Assembly (NCBI RefSeq): GCF_963921235.1 | Contig: NC_086109.1 | Coordinates: 23,252,001 to 23,316,000, forward strand | Source of the DNA: Mobula hypostoma | Lineage: Eukaryota | DNA: 64,000 bases | Reading direction: 5' to 3' | In this document: positions 13,600 through 27,097 of the stretch, piece after piece | Position numbering within the stretch: position 1 is the first letter of the stretch | How the letters are laid out: every line of letters begins with the position of its first letter | Program-made: the position numbers and the translations under genes | Notes under the pieces: model-generated | What the model was told of the DNA's origin: nothing | What the model saw: the letters and a program-made list of their open reading frames with translations, nothing else | Databases searched by the model: none

Positions 13600-13930
13600 T
13601 ACCAGTTAGTTTAAATCTGTCTCCTAGTCCCAGATCCCCAAGAAAAATAGATACCTCCTTTTCACCCTTACTAAAGTTCTCATAATTCCGTACATCTCAA
13701 TTAAATTTTTCCTTGGCTTCCTTCATTCTAAAAACAATCTCAGCCCAATCAATCTCATAATTATAAATCCCCATCCTCATAAATCTTCTCTGTACTTTCA
13801 ACCATTATCACATCCTTCCTGCAATGTGGTGCAACAAGTATACACAGTCCATCAGCTGTAGCATAACTGATGTTTATACAACTTCAAGCACAGTCTCCCT
13901 CTAGTTATATCCTTTGCCTTGGCTTATAAA
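13600..13930 (-). mobile_element. Old degraded CR1 fragment
   Basis: Decayed similarity to the CR1 C-terminal region (ACATCCTTCCTGCAATGTGGTG...TACACAGT). Confidence 0.45.
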
Positions 13931-16900
13931 AGCTAGTAGCAGTTGAAACTCTCCAGTCCAGCACCCTAGGGATCTGACTGGTGCCAGACCACAGAAAATG
14001 CCGGGACATAGAAAATGTCCACCGATCACCTTCCTCTGAAGCAGAACTTTTCTTTAGAGTACAGTCTACTTTAGACTGAGTTACGCAGAAGTTCAAATAA
14101 TCTGAAGTTTCACCAAATTGGGAATATCGTCATCTGAAATAGCAAACGTTGCACTTGTAGGTTAATGAGTTAATAGAGATTTTGGTTAATTTTAGATCCT
14201 AGTTTATCTTAGCTAGAATTAGTTAAATCTGTACAAATATATACTATAGATTCAAAACATGCTAGACCACTGTAATTGCTGGACCATAGAATACAAGACC
14301 ACAGGTAGAAACACTCAGAGTTGCAACCTGCATCTCCCATGCATTCCTAACCATTTTATCTAACCATTTGGCTAATTTCCTGTGGATATGTACTTCAATC
14401 TCTCTGTTTCTCGACATTTCTTTGTATCTTACTATTTACCACACATTCTCATGCCTTGTTTGTTCTTTCTAGAGGTACAATCTTGTACTTCCCTGCTTTG
14501 TATTTGGTTTGCTAGTGATGTCATCCTGCATCCTCATTATTAACTATGTCATGATTTGGACATTTTGACAATTTTTCAAGCAGAATTTAAGTTGGTCATT
14601 AATATATATAATCATTAATATATAATCACAAAAAGCAAGCAAACTAGCACAATTCAATGCAAAATCTCACTACATACAGCTTTCTGTCACTGAAAAGCAT
14701 CAGGTTCCTATTATCCTTCATTTTCAACATTTAATCAAACACCATTTTCTCTTGTGTACAATGAACTTCTACTTTCTTAATCAATCTGCTATATTAACCA
14801 TTAACACTTGCTAAAATTCATGTAAACCACATCTAACACCCACCCCTCCCCTGACAAAAATAATCATTAGTAAAAACCATTATTTCTTTAACAAATCCAT
14901 ACTGATTGGCTCAACTTTCCGTGTCCCTCCAAATGCTAAATTATGCCTTTGCTCAGAATCTTTCCCATTAATATGTCCTCCACTGACATTAGACCATTTA
15001 CAATTAGTCTGTAGTTTTTGTGTACTCCTTTTTGCTAAAAAGCACAAGTTCTGTAATGGCCATCTTTTAATTTCCCAACAGCATAAGGGGAGCCAAAGAG
15101 GATTGTAAAACAATAATCATTCCCCTTGCTATTTCATCTACTGCTTTCATTAAAATGTTGGGAATACAAATTTTTAAAAAAATCTAACATGCTCTTTGAC
15201 ATCCATGGAGATATATATTTGAGAATGTCTCTCTTTTCTTAAATTGAATATAGTTGGTGAAAACCCTCGACGTCTTATCATTGAACAGCTTCTACCACTG
15301 TGATACTGATTTCATCTTAAAGCAGCCATTTCCAAGTCCTTAACAGACTTTAACACCAGTTTAAAATTGTTAGTCCTGATCTAAATTCATCTTTTCTATA
15401 TTTATAATAAATCTAATAGTTATGAACATTGTCTTCAAATTGCTCCCTTACGGTTCTTTCAGTTTTCATTTTCAAGTGTCATAAATTATCCATACCAGTC
15501 CAGAATACTTAATCATAACAATAATCCTCAATGTCTTACAAAAAGCAGCAAACACTATTAAAACATATATAATGTAATGCACGGTCTTTTGCATTACATT
15601 ATAATGAAGCTACCACATGTTTAGATGGATATCTCTACTGTTCCCTGCCCAGCAAAATTGCTGACATCTGAAAAAATTGTAATTCAATGCAAATTTTAAA
15701 AAAAATAGCTTTATTGTTCAACTTTTTGCAAAACGTGGCTCTGTCAAGGTCAGTAATTAAACCCTTTGGCACTGTGGCTATTTGCCCTATTGTGCTTATG
15801 TCAGCTTTTTATAAAAAAGCCATGCAGTTTGCTTCACTTGCTTCTCTTTGTGTCTAGACATCCTGTAATTTTCTCTCCATTTATTTATCCAATCACCATT
15901 AGCACAAATAATGTGCTGGGGTAAGAAGGTGAAGTGATGAATGAATGTGGATTTGGAAGATCTCTTTCATTTCATTTCTTTGGCCTCAGAAATCCTGTGC
16001 AGTTCCCACCCAAGTTAAATCAGCAATCTACAGTTCTCAGCTTAATCCCTCTTTTGCTAAAACAGTTAAACCTTGAGTTTGACTCCCAACTACTTAAACA
16101 GGGCACTGTAAGTAGCAGGAAGATACTCAGAGCTCATGATGTTTTTGGCTTATTAAAAACTAAGCTATATCCCTCCACCCATCTGTTCACTAATGCTCTT
16201 CAGGGAAACAAATTTGTCTTTCTACTCACTCTGGTCTAAAATTGCAAGCCTACCAATGAGATTATCTCGCTTCAAGGCCAATAAAGAATGGACAACTAAT
16301 TTTTTTTAAAGTACAGACACTCAGGGATCTCTAGAACTTGGCTCTTTCCTGGGAATTTGGGTGCAGATCCCAAGATGACAATACTGCCCAATCCATAATA
16401 GAGAAAATTAAAATGATTACAAGTTACAATTATTGTGGATTTAATTGAAAGACTTGTAGCAGTGTTCAATGTATGGTACAACCATCGCTGAAAACAGATT
16501 AGGATATAGAGAATAAAATTCATCTGAATTTATGATAGTGTGTCATTACTGGATTGAGGGATTGTGTCTTCACGCCCAATGTCTTGGGGGTAACCCAAAT
16601 AATTTTGTTAAGGAGCAAAGTCCAAAGGGAAGGGGGTAGGTAGGGAGGGAATGAGGTGGAGGATGACAGGTAAAATTGGTTCAACACTGTCATCCTTTGA
16701 ATGCACTTTTGATGGCCTTTATGTCTTGATCTTAAGTATGTACAGCATTTTGGTGCATCTTTTTCTGGAGTATGTAATGCATCAGGGATTTTTTTGGAAA
16801 GCCATCTGTAAACCGGAGGCGGAGATTGGGATTATTCAGGATTTTAAATCTGTACAATGTTCTGTTCTGACAAGAATTTCATATGTAATCCTTTGTCTCA

Positions 16901-18114
16901 GAGAATGGAGAACCGTGCATTCACATATCTGGTCCTGTTCTGTGCCCTCCTCCTTACGTTGCTTTGAGACATACATTGCCTGTGCCTCCCCCCGCCCCCA
17001 CACTAGCCTTCTCAAGCAAGTTGGAGGGGAAAATGGTGCATGAATAAGTACTTTAAAAAAATCAGCAGCACATTTTACCCATCACGTTTTCCTATTATCT
17101 CCAAATGCAGTAGAGTTTTAAACTGACTACTTTGAGCTATAGTTTGGTTTGTGCCTCTGCCCAAGGGCAATTTTATCCCAGATTCTTGTTGTCCAAAAAT
17201 TAATCAACTATGGTTCCCACCACCCTTGCCTCATCAGCATCACCTTCCCAATGCTTCACCATATATGCATTTTTTTTTAAAGCAGAAGATCAGACACTGA
17301 GTTTTGAAAGGCTGCATCATTAGCATGGCAAGGTATGACCATGCCTTGTCCAGGATCTGTTGGCACATTCCAGCAGGAGTCACTGGTGAGCCATCAAGGA
17401 GGAAATGTAGCTGGTAAGTGGGTGGGCAATGCTCTGGGACTTGCTGCAATATCACACCTGTTGCCTTGAATGAACACAACACTGATTGAGGACCATAGCA
17501 AACACTTTATGCAAGCTTCTGTACTATCTATTCCTTGAGGATACCAGACATTTTTGCGATTAAAAATCTGAATTCAGAGATGTCCCGTGGACCGTTGCAA
17601 GTTGGTCTTCTTGTTTGCCGAGAAAACGCCTTCTCCTTGGTCGTAGCCCATCATTGAAGTAACTTGACCCTTCACCCCTTTGCTGCAGGACCCAACTATC
17701 TGTCTCCCCCTCCCCCACATACCCCTACAAATAGGATTTCCACCACATCAAAAATCTAGACACAGTTGTCCTTGTAATGCAAAAATAATCTCAAATTGAT
17801 TGCAAGATTTAAAAAACTGTTACTAATAATTACAGAATTGTCTATATGCCTGAGAAATCAGACACAGAAACTGCAAACGTACCATGAAAGCTGTCGATAA
17901 GCGTATTCAGAATGCTGTCGAATACTAACAAATATAATTTCAATATTAATTTCCTTGATTATTTCACAATAATATACTAGCAACCGGGTGGGCAGCAGCA
18001 ACCCATCGAATGCATGGTTAACCCTGTAACAACCTAGACTGCCAATATTTTTTTCATACAGCAGAACTCTGCTCTACACACAATGCTGGGAAAAAAAAAT
18101 GGGCATCAACCTAC

Positions 18115-18181
18115 CCTTGACTTGTGTTTCGTACTCGGTAATAATTTCCTTGTCCTTCTTGAATTTAGCAGGCGATGTCAT
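18115..18181 (-). CDS. SRGAP2: SLIT-ROBO Rho GTPase-activating protein 2, first coding exon (67 nt); gene continues leftwards out of the window
   Basis: Reverse strand reads ATG ACA TCG CCT GCT AAA TTC AAG AAG GAC AAG GAA ATT ATT ACC GAG TAC GAA ACA CAA GTC AAG G|GTAGGT = MTSPAKFKKDKEIITEYETQVK plus a phase-1 donor. It matches the vertebrate SRGAP2 N-terminus as I recall it (MTSPAKFKKDKEIIAEYDTQVKE) better than SRGAP1 or SRGAP3. The divergent FAM72 neighbour fits known synteny. Confidence 0.95.
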
Positions 18182-19850
18182 GACTGTTCGTGTAGAAACG
18201 TTTTATTCTTCCGCTAAAAGAAATTGCAGCCGCAGTAAGCTAATCTTGTTGCTGGCGATTTTTCCCCCTCTTTTCAATCAGTCCAGAAGAATGAGAACGT
18301 TCGGATGGAAATGGAAACCACGCAATCAAGACGGAAACTGACCATGAAGAGAAAAGGCTATCATATATGTATAATAGACAGGGAGAGAGAAACACTGCAG
18401 CAAATCCCCTCAGAGAACGGTAGGTCCTTCAAACAAGGAGGAGGCGGAGGAGGAGGGGAATGAATGGGTTCGAAAATAATTAAAAAGCTTTCAGATGGTG
18501 GAAATAACAGGAAGAGATAGGGAGCAGTGTGTGAAAAATGTAAGGCTGTGCGTCTTTGTATCCAAGCTCAGCATGCTGCAATCCTAAACCAGGCGAATTC
18601 CACCACACTCGATGCGGATTCACAAAATTAGATTTTATATCGCTTTTGGAAAAAAAAACAAGGCGTTGTTGGTCAAGTCGTAATAACCAGAGCCTTTTTA
18701 AAAAAAAATAAATACTCTTTCAGGGAAGCGGAGATGTGTTTGAAATAATTTATCGTTTTTCTTCTTAAAGGTTGATATGATCCAGAATGTGATCAAACTA
18801 CCGGGTTAGGACAAGGAACCCTGAAATGTCAGTTTTTCCAGTGATTTCCACCTCCGCTCCCCCACCCCGCCTTCAGTAACGGGGGGGTTGAACTCTATCC
18901 AAGATTAAACGAGATTAAGAGGGGTGGCAAGTCACCTAATGTATCTTCTTCCTCCTCTAAAAATGTTAAAATCTTTTCAAGTAGAATAGAATCCTAAGTA
19001 TTATAGACCTTGTTAGGGGGGAAATATCTTCCACGATTGATGGAAAGGCAAAAATCCAAGTAATTAAACAAAGTTTACAAAAACACAAGTAATAATGAAC
19101 AAAAAGTTTTCCGGAGTTTAAATCGCTGTTTCTGGATTCATTTCAAATTCACATCGTAGAAAAATCCATCCAACCCTTTCCGGTCCCTGCAAACTTCCAC
19201 AAAACTGACATTTTTTTTGTCCAAGTCCAGAAACTTTTTTTTCAAATTTTCTTCTTATTTCCCTTCCTTTCCTCCCTTGTTTACTCGAATACACAATTTC
19301 CTTTGTGCAAATCCTCCCGCCTGTTCCGCCGACTTCAGATATACACTTTGCTTCTCATTCCACGTTCGTCCAGCTAACTCAGATTCCCGCAGAGGTTTAA
19401 AGTTGCTGGAATTTTTTCTCTGCAGTCTATTCAACGAGGAGCTCCAAACTCAGACAAGAGGAGCCTCCCTTCGCCCATCCATGATGAGAGCAGCTAGTTA
19501 ACGGAGAGAAAAAAAGCTTGTTAGGAAACGAGGAGCGCTTCCTTCTGTCTCGGAGTGGGACTGTAGGAATGCATACGAAACCAAAAAGATGAAAAAAAAT
19601 TCTAGCCTTCTCAAAAAGGAAATGCAGCGACACAAAGCATGAAATAACAATCAAAATAAAAATACCTTGAGATTGTGTTGTACTATTTTTAGCCGGACAA
19701 TTACCACATACTTCTAGTCGACCTTAATGTTTGTAAATTAGATAATTCAGAACTTCTCCAGTTCTAACTTCCACAGGTCTTATTCCACGACCCTTGCGTT
19801 CCCCGACTTACATGTGTTGGTTAAGCAATGTCATTTGTTTTGATATTTTT
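18182..19850 (-). promoter_or_regulatory. Putative SRGAP2 5' UTR and promoter region (repeat-free, CpG-enriched)
   Basis: No recognisable repeats and visibly more CpG than the flanks. Candidate splice acceptor on the minus strand (ACATTTCAG|GG; the exon would begin at 18820) and a candidate donor GTAAGT at 19811-19806. TSS not determinable from sequence. Confidence 0.5.
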
Positions 19851-19869
19851 TACAAATCTCAATTACCTT

Positions 19870-20050
19870 AACCTTGTACATATCGAAATCTGACCTTGCA
19901 CTTCAATAAATCTAATCACTCCACCTTCAGCAGCCAAGCTTTTATCTACCAGGGCGCTAAATTCGAGATACCCCCACATCTTCACTGTGTTCTCTAAGAC
20001 GTGCATTAAAACCTACCCATTTGGCCAGTCTTTTGATCATTTACCCTAAT
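19870..20050 (+). mobile_element. Old L2-like 3' end
   Basis: Decayed L2 tail pattern (...TAAGACGTGCATTAAAACCTACCCATTTGGCCAGTCTTTTGATCAT). Confidence 0.4.
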
Positions 20051-20054
20051 AATT

Positions 20055-20730
20055 CATATAGAGTCATACAGCACAGAAACATGTCCTTCGGCCCATCTAG
20101 TCCATGCTGAACCATTTAACTGCCTACTCCCATTGATCTGCACCAGGACTATAGCCCTCCATATCCCTACTGTCCATATACCTATCCAAACTTCACTTAA
20201 ACGTTGAAATTGAGCTCACATACACCACTTGTAATGGCAGCTCACTCCACAGACTCACAACCCCCGGAGTGAAGAAGTTTCCCCTCATGCTCCTCTTAAA
20301 CATTTCACTTGTAACCCATGACCTCTGGTTGTAATCCCACACAATCTCAGTGGAAAAAGTCTGTCAGCATTTACCCTAGCTATATCTCTCGTAATTATAG
20401 ATAGCTCTACCAAATCTCCTTCAATCCTTTATGTTCTAACGAATAAAGTCCTAACCTATTCAGTCTTCCCATATAACTTAGGTCCTCCAGACCCGGCAAC
20501 ATCCTGTAAGTTTTCTCTGTACTCTTTCAATCATACTTACATCTTTTCTGTAGGTAGGTGACCAAAACTACACACAATACTCCAAACTAGGCCTCGGTAA
20601 TGTTTTATACAATTTCAACATAGTATCCCTTCTCCTGTACTCAATACTTTAATTTATGAAGGTCATGTGCTGAAAGCTTTCTTTATGACCCTATCTACCT
20701 GTGACAGCATTTCAACAAATTATGGACTTG
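20055..20730 (-). mobile_element. CR1 3' fragment
   Basis: Reverse-strand similarity to the CR1 C-terminus (RPSLEYCV..WSP) and 3' UTR. Confidence 0.75.
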
Positions 20731-21880
20731 TATTCACATGTAATTGTACTGATAATTTTAGAGCTGTGAAGAGCTTTAGATTGTTTTATTACATCAATAT
20801 GTTTTGTAAATGAAAGCTTCTGTTTCCCATGGATACTTACAATGAATTTTTCTTGGCCTCCCTCCTTTGAATTATAAGAAAAATGAGCAAATTGTACATT
20901 TGCTCCATCCTTCAACATATCATCATCGTACAAAATAAATTTTAGATGGGAAAATCTGTTGATTAATCTATATCTGGCACATGATTACCTAACATTAGTC
21001 CCAAAGGATAGAATTCCCAAATTGGGTGCTAGGATAGAGGCCTAGGTGTATATATATATATGTGAATAAACCCTTGCATGCAAGAGGACAAGTTAATAAA
21101 ATAGTTAAAGAGAACATATAGGATCCTAACTTGTAAATGGAAGAATAGAATTCAACAGCAAGGAAGTCATGTTGACCTTTCAAAAAAAATACTGGTTTAG
21201 CCATACCAGGAACGTTGTGTCATCGTAATATAGTGTGCTAAGGAAGGATAGGAAAGCCTTTGATAGCACACGTAAGCTAGTCAGCAGACTGGTTCACTGT
21301 TCAGTGAGTTCAGTCATATGGATGGCTGAGGATCCTGTAATTATTCTCCTTGGAAGGTTGAGAAGAGCTTTAATGGATGCATCCAAAATTATGAAGGATT
21401 GTGACAAAGTACTTCAAGTGAAATACTTCAGCTGGTGGAAGAATTGTGAAACAGAGGGTAAAGAACTAAATGAAACATGAGATTTTTTTTGGTTTCTTTA
21501 GGAGGACTAAGAATTTAAAATGGAATACCTTATTTAATATTGAAGCAGATTTAATTGTGGCTCTCAAAAAGTACTTAATATTAAAAGAATATTTCTCTAT
21601 GGTATTCACGAGGGAGAAGGAGAAGTCAGAGAGCAATACTCTGATATTCTGGAGCACATCTACATTTGGAAGGAAGAAATGCTAGAAATTTAGCAGTACA
21701 TTAGGGTGGAATGTACGCTGGGCCAAATGGGATCTGTCCTAGGCTCCTAAAGGAAGCAAAGGAGGAGAAATCTGTGGCTCTGATGAAGATTTTTGCAAGT
21801 TCAGTAGCCACAAGTAAGATATCAGAAACTTGGAGGACAGCTAATGTTCAATCGCTTATTCAAAAATGGCAGAAGGAAAA

Positions 21881-24142
21881 ATAGACAATAAACAATAGAC
21901 AATAGGTGCAGGAGTAGGCCATTCGGCCCTCCGAGCCAGCACCGCCATTCACTGTGATCATAGCTGATCATCCACAATCAGTATCCAGTTCCTGCCTTAT
22001 CCCCATAACCTTTGATTCCGCTATCTTTAAGAGCTCTATCCATCTCTTTTTTGAAAGCATCCAGAGTCTTGGCCTCCACAGCCTTCTGGGGTAGAGCATT
22101 CCATATATCCACCACTCTCTGGGTGAAAAAGTTTTTCCTCAACTCTATTCTAAATGGCCTGCCCCTTATTCTTAAACTGTGGCCTCTGGTTCTGGACTCA
22201 CCCATCAGCGGGAACATGTTTCCTGCCTCCAGCGTGTCCAATCCCTTAATAATCTTATATGTTTCGATAAGATCCCCTCTCAGCCTTCTAAATTCCAGAG
22301 TATACAAGCCCAGTTGCTCCAATCTTTCCACATATGACAGTCCCGCCATCCCGGGAATTAACCTTGTGAACCTACGCTGCACTCCCTCAATACCAAGAAT
22401 GTCCTTCCTCAAATTTGGAGACCAAAACTGCACACAGTACTCCAGGTGTGGTCTCACCAGGGCCCTGTACAGCTGCAGAAGGACCTCTTTGCTCTTATAC
22501 TCAATTCTCCTTGTTATGAAGGCCAGCATGCCATTAGCTTTCTTCACTGCCTGCTGTACTTGCATGCTTGCTTTCAGTGACTGATGTACAAGAACACCTA
22601 GATCTCGTTGTGCTTCCTCTTTTCCTAACTTGACTCCATTTAGATAATAATCTGCCTTCCTGTTTTTACCACCAAAGTGGATAACCTCACATTTATCCAC
22701 ATTAAACTGCATCTGCCATGCATCTGCCCACTCACCCAGCCTGTCCAAGTCACCCTGCATTCTCACAACATCCTCCTCACATTTCACACTGCCACCCAGC
22801 TTTGTGTCATCAGCAAATTTGCTAATGTTACTTTTAATTCCCTCATCTAAATCATTAATATATATTGTAAACAGCTGCGGTCCCAGCACTGAACCCTGCG
22901 GTACCCCACTGGTCACCGCCTGCCATTCCAAGAGGGACCCGTTAATCGCTACTCTTTGTTTTCTGTCAGCCAGCCAATTTTCAATCCATGTCAGTACTCT
23001 GCCCCCAATACCATGTGCCCTAATTTTGCCCACTAATCTCCTATGTGGGACTTTATCAAAGGCTTTCTGAAAGTCCAGGTACACTACATCCACTGGCTCT
23101 CTCTTGTCCATTTTCATAGTTACATCCTCAAAAAATTCCAGAAGATTAGTCAAGCATGATTTCCCCTTCGTAAATCCATGCTGACTCGGACCAATCCTGT
23201 TACTACTATCCAGATGTGTCATAATTTCATCTTTTATAATTGACTCCAGCATCTTTCCCACCACCGACGTCAGGCTAACCGGTCTATAATTCCCTGTTTT
23301 CTTTCTTCCTCCCTTCTTAAAGAGAGGGACAACAGTAGCCATCCTCCAATTCACAGGAACTGATCCTGAATCTATAGAACATTGGAAAATGATTACCAAT
23401 GCAGCCACAATTTCTAAAGCCACCTCCTTAAGTACCCTGGGATGCAGACCATCAGGTCCTGGGGACTTATCAGCCTTCAGACCCAACAGCCTATCCAACA
23501 CCATTTCCTGCCTAATATAAATTTCCTTCAATTCATCCATTACCCAGGTCCTTTGGCCACTATTACATCTGGGAGATTGTTTCCGTCTTCCCTAGTGAAG
23601 ACAGATCCAAAGTACCTGTTCAACTCGTCTGCCATTTCCTTGCTCCCCATAATAAATTCACCGGCTTCTGTCTTCAAGGCCCAATTTTGGTCTTAACTAT
23701 TTTTTTCCTTTTCACATACCTAAAGAAGCTTTTACTATCCTCCTTTATATTCTTGGCAGGTTTACCTTCGTACCTCATTTTTTCTCCACGTATTGCCTTT
23801 TTAGTTACCTTCTGTTGCTCTTTAAAAGTTTCCCAATCCTCCGGCTTCCCACTCGCCTTTGCTATGTTATACTTCTCTTTTATTTTTATACTGTCCATTA
23901 CTTCCCTTGTCAGCCACGGCCTCCCCTTATTCCCCTTAGGATCTTTCTTCCTCTTTGGAATGAACTGATCCTGCACCTTCTGCATTATTCCCAGAAACAC
24001 TTGCCATTGCTGTTCCACTGTCATCCCTGCTGGGGTATTGTTCCATTGAACTTTGGCCAGCTCCTCCCTCATCGCACCATAGTTCCCTTTGTTCGACTGT
24101 AACACTGACACTTCCGAGTTTCCCTTCTCCCTCTCAAATTGT
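21881..24142 (-). mobile_element. CR1 LINE, 5'-truncated, frameshifted ORF2
   Basis: ORFs 23674..24111 and 21978..23540 with all RT motifs including FADD. 3' end in (CTATTGT)n-type repeats. Flanks AGAAGGAAAA / AGAGGGAAAA resemble a TSD. Confidence 0.95.
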
Positions 24143-24304
24143 AGAGGGAAAAGTCCTGGAAAACACAGGCCAGTGAGCCTTCCATCAGTGGTGGGGAAGT
24201 TGTTGAAGATATGAAAGGGCCGGACTTTATTTCACTTGAAAGAGCAGGGATTGATTAGGAGTGAATATGGTTTTGTGCAGGGGTGATAATATAATATATC
24301 AATA

Positions 24305-24632
24305 AAAAATGTCCCCAGCAGTGATCCCTGCAGTACAGGAAGGTGGCATCCATCATAAAGGACCCTCACCAGCCAGGATATGCCCTCTTCTCATTACTAC
24401 CATCAGGGAAGAAAGGTTCAGGAGCCCTGAAGAGTCATACTCACCTATTTACTTCTAGCTTCTTCTCCTCTGCCATCAGATTATGGAATTGTCCATGAAT
24501 ACTACTTCATTATTCCTTTTGTTTTTGCACACAATTTAGTTTGGAATTTGCAGTAATTTTATGTGTTTGCACTGCACTGCTACTGCAAAACAACACATTT
24601 CACGCCATATATGACAATAATTATAAACCTGG
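24305..24632 (+). mobile_element. Rex1-like LINE 3' end
   Basis: GCATCCATCATAAAGGACCCTCACCAGCCAGGATATGCCCTCTTCTCATTACTACCATCAGGG plus the shared 3' UTR. Confidence 0.7.
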
Positions 24633-25464
24633 TCTATACTTATAAATATAATAAAATGACTTGGATTAGAATGTAGATGGGATGTTCAGACTGTCTGCTG
24701 ATGACACAAAAATTGGTAAAGTAGATAGTGAATAACATTGGCGAAGCAGACACTAAGACATATATCAGCTGGAAGGTCGGGTAGAGCAGTGGCAAATAGA
24801 ATTTAATTCAGGCAAATGTGAGGTAATGTACTTTGGAAGGTCAAATTCTGGTAGAACATGTAAGTTGCAGGGACCTTAGGAGTTTGATGTAGAGAGAGAA
24901 TGTAGGGGGGGGCGGGAGCAAGGCCACTGCTCCCCGAAAGTAACAACACAGACTGAAATAATCAATTGCTTTGCTTGCCTTCATATGCCGAGGCATTGAA
25001 TGCAAGGTTCAGGTTGTCATGGTCCAGCTGCACAAAGCATTAGTTAAACCGCACTTAGAACAGCATGTGCACTTCTGGTTATCACACCATGCAAAGGATG
25101 TGGTAGTAATAGATACAGTGTATAAGAGAATCACCAGAATGTCACCTGGAATGGAGGGTTGTAGTCATGAAAGGAGAGATTTCATAGACTGGCTTTATTC
25201 TCATGGGAACATAGGAGGCTGAGGTAAGCCCTAATAAAGAGCTAGAGGTGATTAGATAGCATAGAATCAAAAATCTTTTTCCAGAACTAAACGATAAGGT
25301 TTAAGGAGAAGGGGGGAGGAATTAAAAGGAGATCAGAGGGCATTAAGTAGAGGAGTTGGGCTGTTAAGTTACAGCTGTACAAGACATATGTGAGACTACA
25401 CTTGAAGTACCGTGCACAGCTTTGACCACCCTGTTATAAGAAAGACATCATTAAATTGTAAAAA

Positions 25465-26560
25465 GTTCAAGTTTATTGTAATTCAACAGTACACATGTAT
25501 ACCACCAAATGAAACAACATTCCTCCAGATGAGGTGTATAACTCACACACATAACACATAAAATTATATTACCACAAAAAAATTAACAAATAATAAAAGG
25601 TATATATACCATACATGTTAAAAAGTAAACAGTATAATGCTACTGTCTCCTCATACATGAGGAGACTTGGGTGGTAGCAGGGAGTTCAGTAGTCTTATGA
25701 CCTGGGGGAGAAGTTGTTTCCCATCTTAACAGTTCTTGTCCTAATGCTACAGTACCTCCAACCTGATGGTAGGGGATCAAAGAGACCATTGGATGGATGG
25801 GAAATAATTGTATTGGGTGGAAGAGAGATCCCGATGATCCTTCAGTAGTCCTCAATGTCCTTTGTAAGGTCTTGTGGTCAGATGCCTTGCAATTCCTTTA
25901 CTAGACCATGATGCAGGACACTCATGGCGGTGTACCTATAAAAATGGTTAAAAATGTGGGGGGGGGGGATGCAGGGAGCCTCACTCACCTTAATTTCCTC
26001 AGGAAGTGGAGACCCTGCTGTGCTTTCTTATCCAAAGAGGTGATGTTGAGGGACCCAGTGAAGTTATCATTATGTGCACTCCTGGAAAAATAGTGCTTCT
26101 AACTCTTTCCACAGAGGAGCCATGTATGTGCAGTGAGTGATCAGCCTGCACTTTCCTAAAGTCCACAATAATCTCTTTGGTCTTGTCCATGTTGAGACTC
26201 AAGTTGTTGTGCTTGTTCCATTCTACCAGCCGCTCCACCTTCTCTCTAAACGCCGTCTCGTCATTACTATTGATGAGGTCAACCACTGCTGTGTCATCAG
26301 CAAACTTGATGATCCGGATTTGAACTGGATTTAGGAATGCCGCCGTCATGTGTCAGCCGTGAGCTGGGCACACAGACCCGGGGAGCACCTGTGCTCAGCG
26401 TGACGGAGCTAGAGATGTTTCTGCCAACATGGTTGGCTCTACCACCCAAGTCTCATCACGTATGAGGAGACAGTAGCATTATACTGTTTACTTTCTGTCA
26501 AGGCCCAAGGTCCAGTTACAGAGAGAGGTGTTGAGACCCAATGAGGATAGTTTACCCACC
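25465..26560 (-). mobile_element. Rex1/Babar-like LINE fragment with RT core
   Basis: ORF 25999..26349 IIKFADDTAVVDLI...LSLNMDKTKEIIVDFRK. Confidence 0.8.
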
Positions 26561-26728
26561 AACTTCTGAGTTAGAGAAGATTTACAAGGATGCTGCCAAA
26601 ATTCAAGATCCTGAGTTATAGGAGGAGGTTGAGCATGAAAATTTTTTTTTTTTGGAATGTAGAATATTGAGGGTGTAACGTTGTAGAGTTGTATAAAATA
26701 ATGAAGGGTATAGATAGAATTTCTATAG

Positions 26729-27097
26729 AGATGAAGGATGAGAGGAGACATGATAGAGATATACAAGATATTAAGAGGAATAGATAGAGTGGACAGCCAG
26801 CACCTCTTCCCCAGGGCACCACTGTTCAACACAAGAGGACATGGCTTTAAGGTAAGGAGTGGGAAGTTCAAGGAAGATATTAGAGGAAGTTTTTTTTTTA
26901 CTCAGAGGGTGGTTTGTGCGTGGAATGCACTGCCTGAGTCTGGTGGAGGCAGATACACTAGTGAAATTTAAGAGACTACTGGACAGGTATATGGAGGAAT
27001 TTAAGGTGGGGGTTTATATGAGAGGCAGGGTTTGAGGCAGAACATTGTGGGCTCAAGGGCTTGTACTGTGCTGTACTATTCTATGTTCTATGTTCTA
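26729..27097 (+). mobile_element. CR1 3' fragment (same subfamily as the copies at 39281 and 47669)
   Basis: ORF 26738..26971 is nearly the same as the end of ORF 47596..49329. Ends in (TTCTATG)n. Embedded among older CR1 and Rex1 pieces (about 26570-28240). Confidence 0.85.

Larger units (their letters stand above)
21580..25340 (+). mobile_element. Older CR1 copy fragmented by later insertions (pieces at about 21580-21880, 24146-24290 and 24650-25340)
   Basis: Decayed RT motifs continue across the insertions (GACAGCTAATGTT...TTCAAAAA | CCTGGAAAACACAGGCCAGTGAGCCT; GCTGATGACACAAAAATTGG; ORF 24971..25222). Confidence 0.65.

Noticed and set aside
13940..14310. Scattered GACCA(C/T)AG motifs suggesting old DNA-transposon ends
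   Set aside because: No definable TIR pair or TSD.
17240..17500. Possible Harbinger transposase remnant (ILDKAWSYLAMLMMQPF)
   Set aside because: Resemblance too weak to support by eye; needs a profile HMM search.
1..18114. Search for the next SRGAP2 coding exon (EIRAQL...)
   Set aside because: No matching minus-strand exon found by eye; it is probably left of the window, though I may have missed it.
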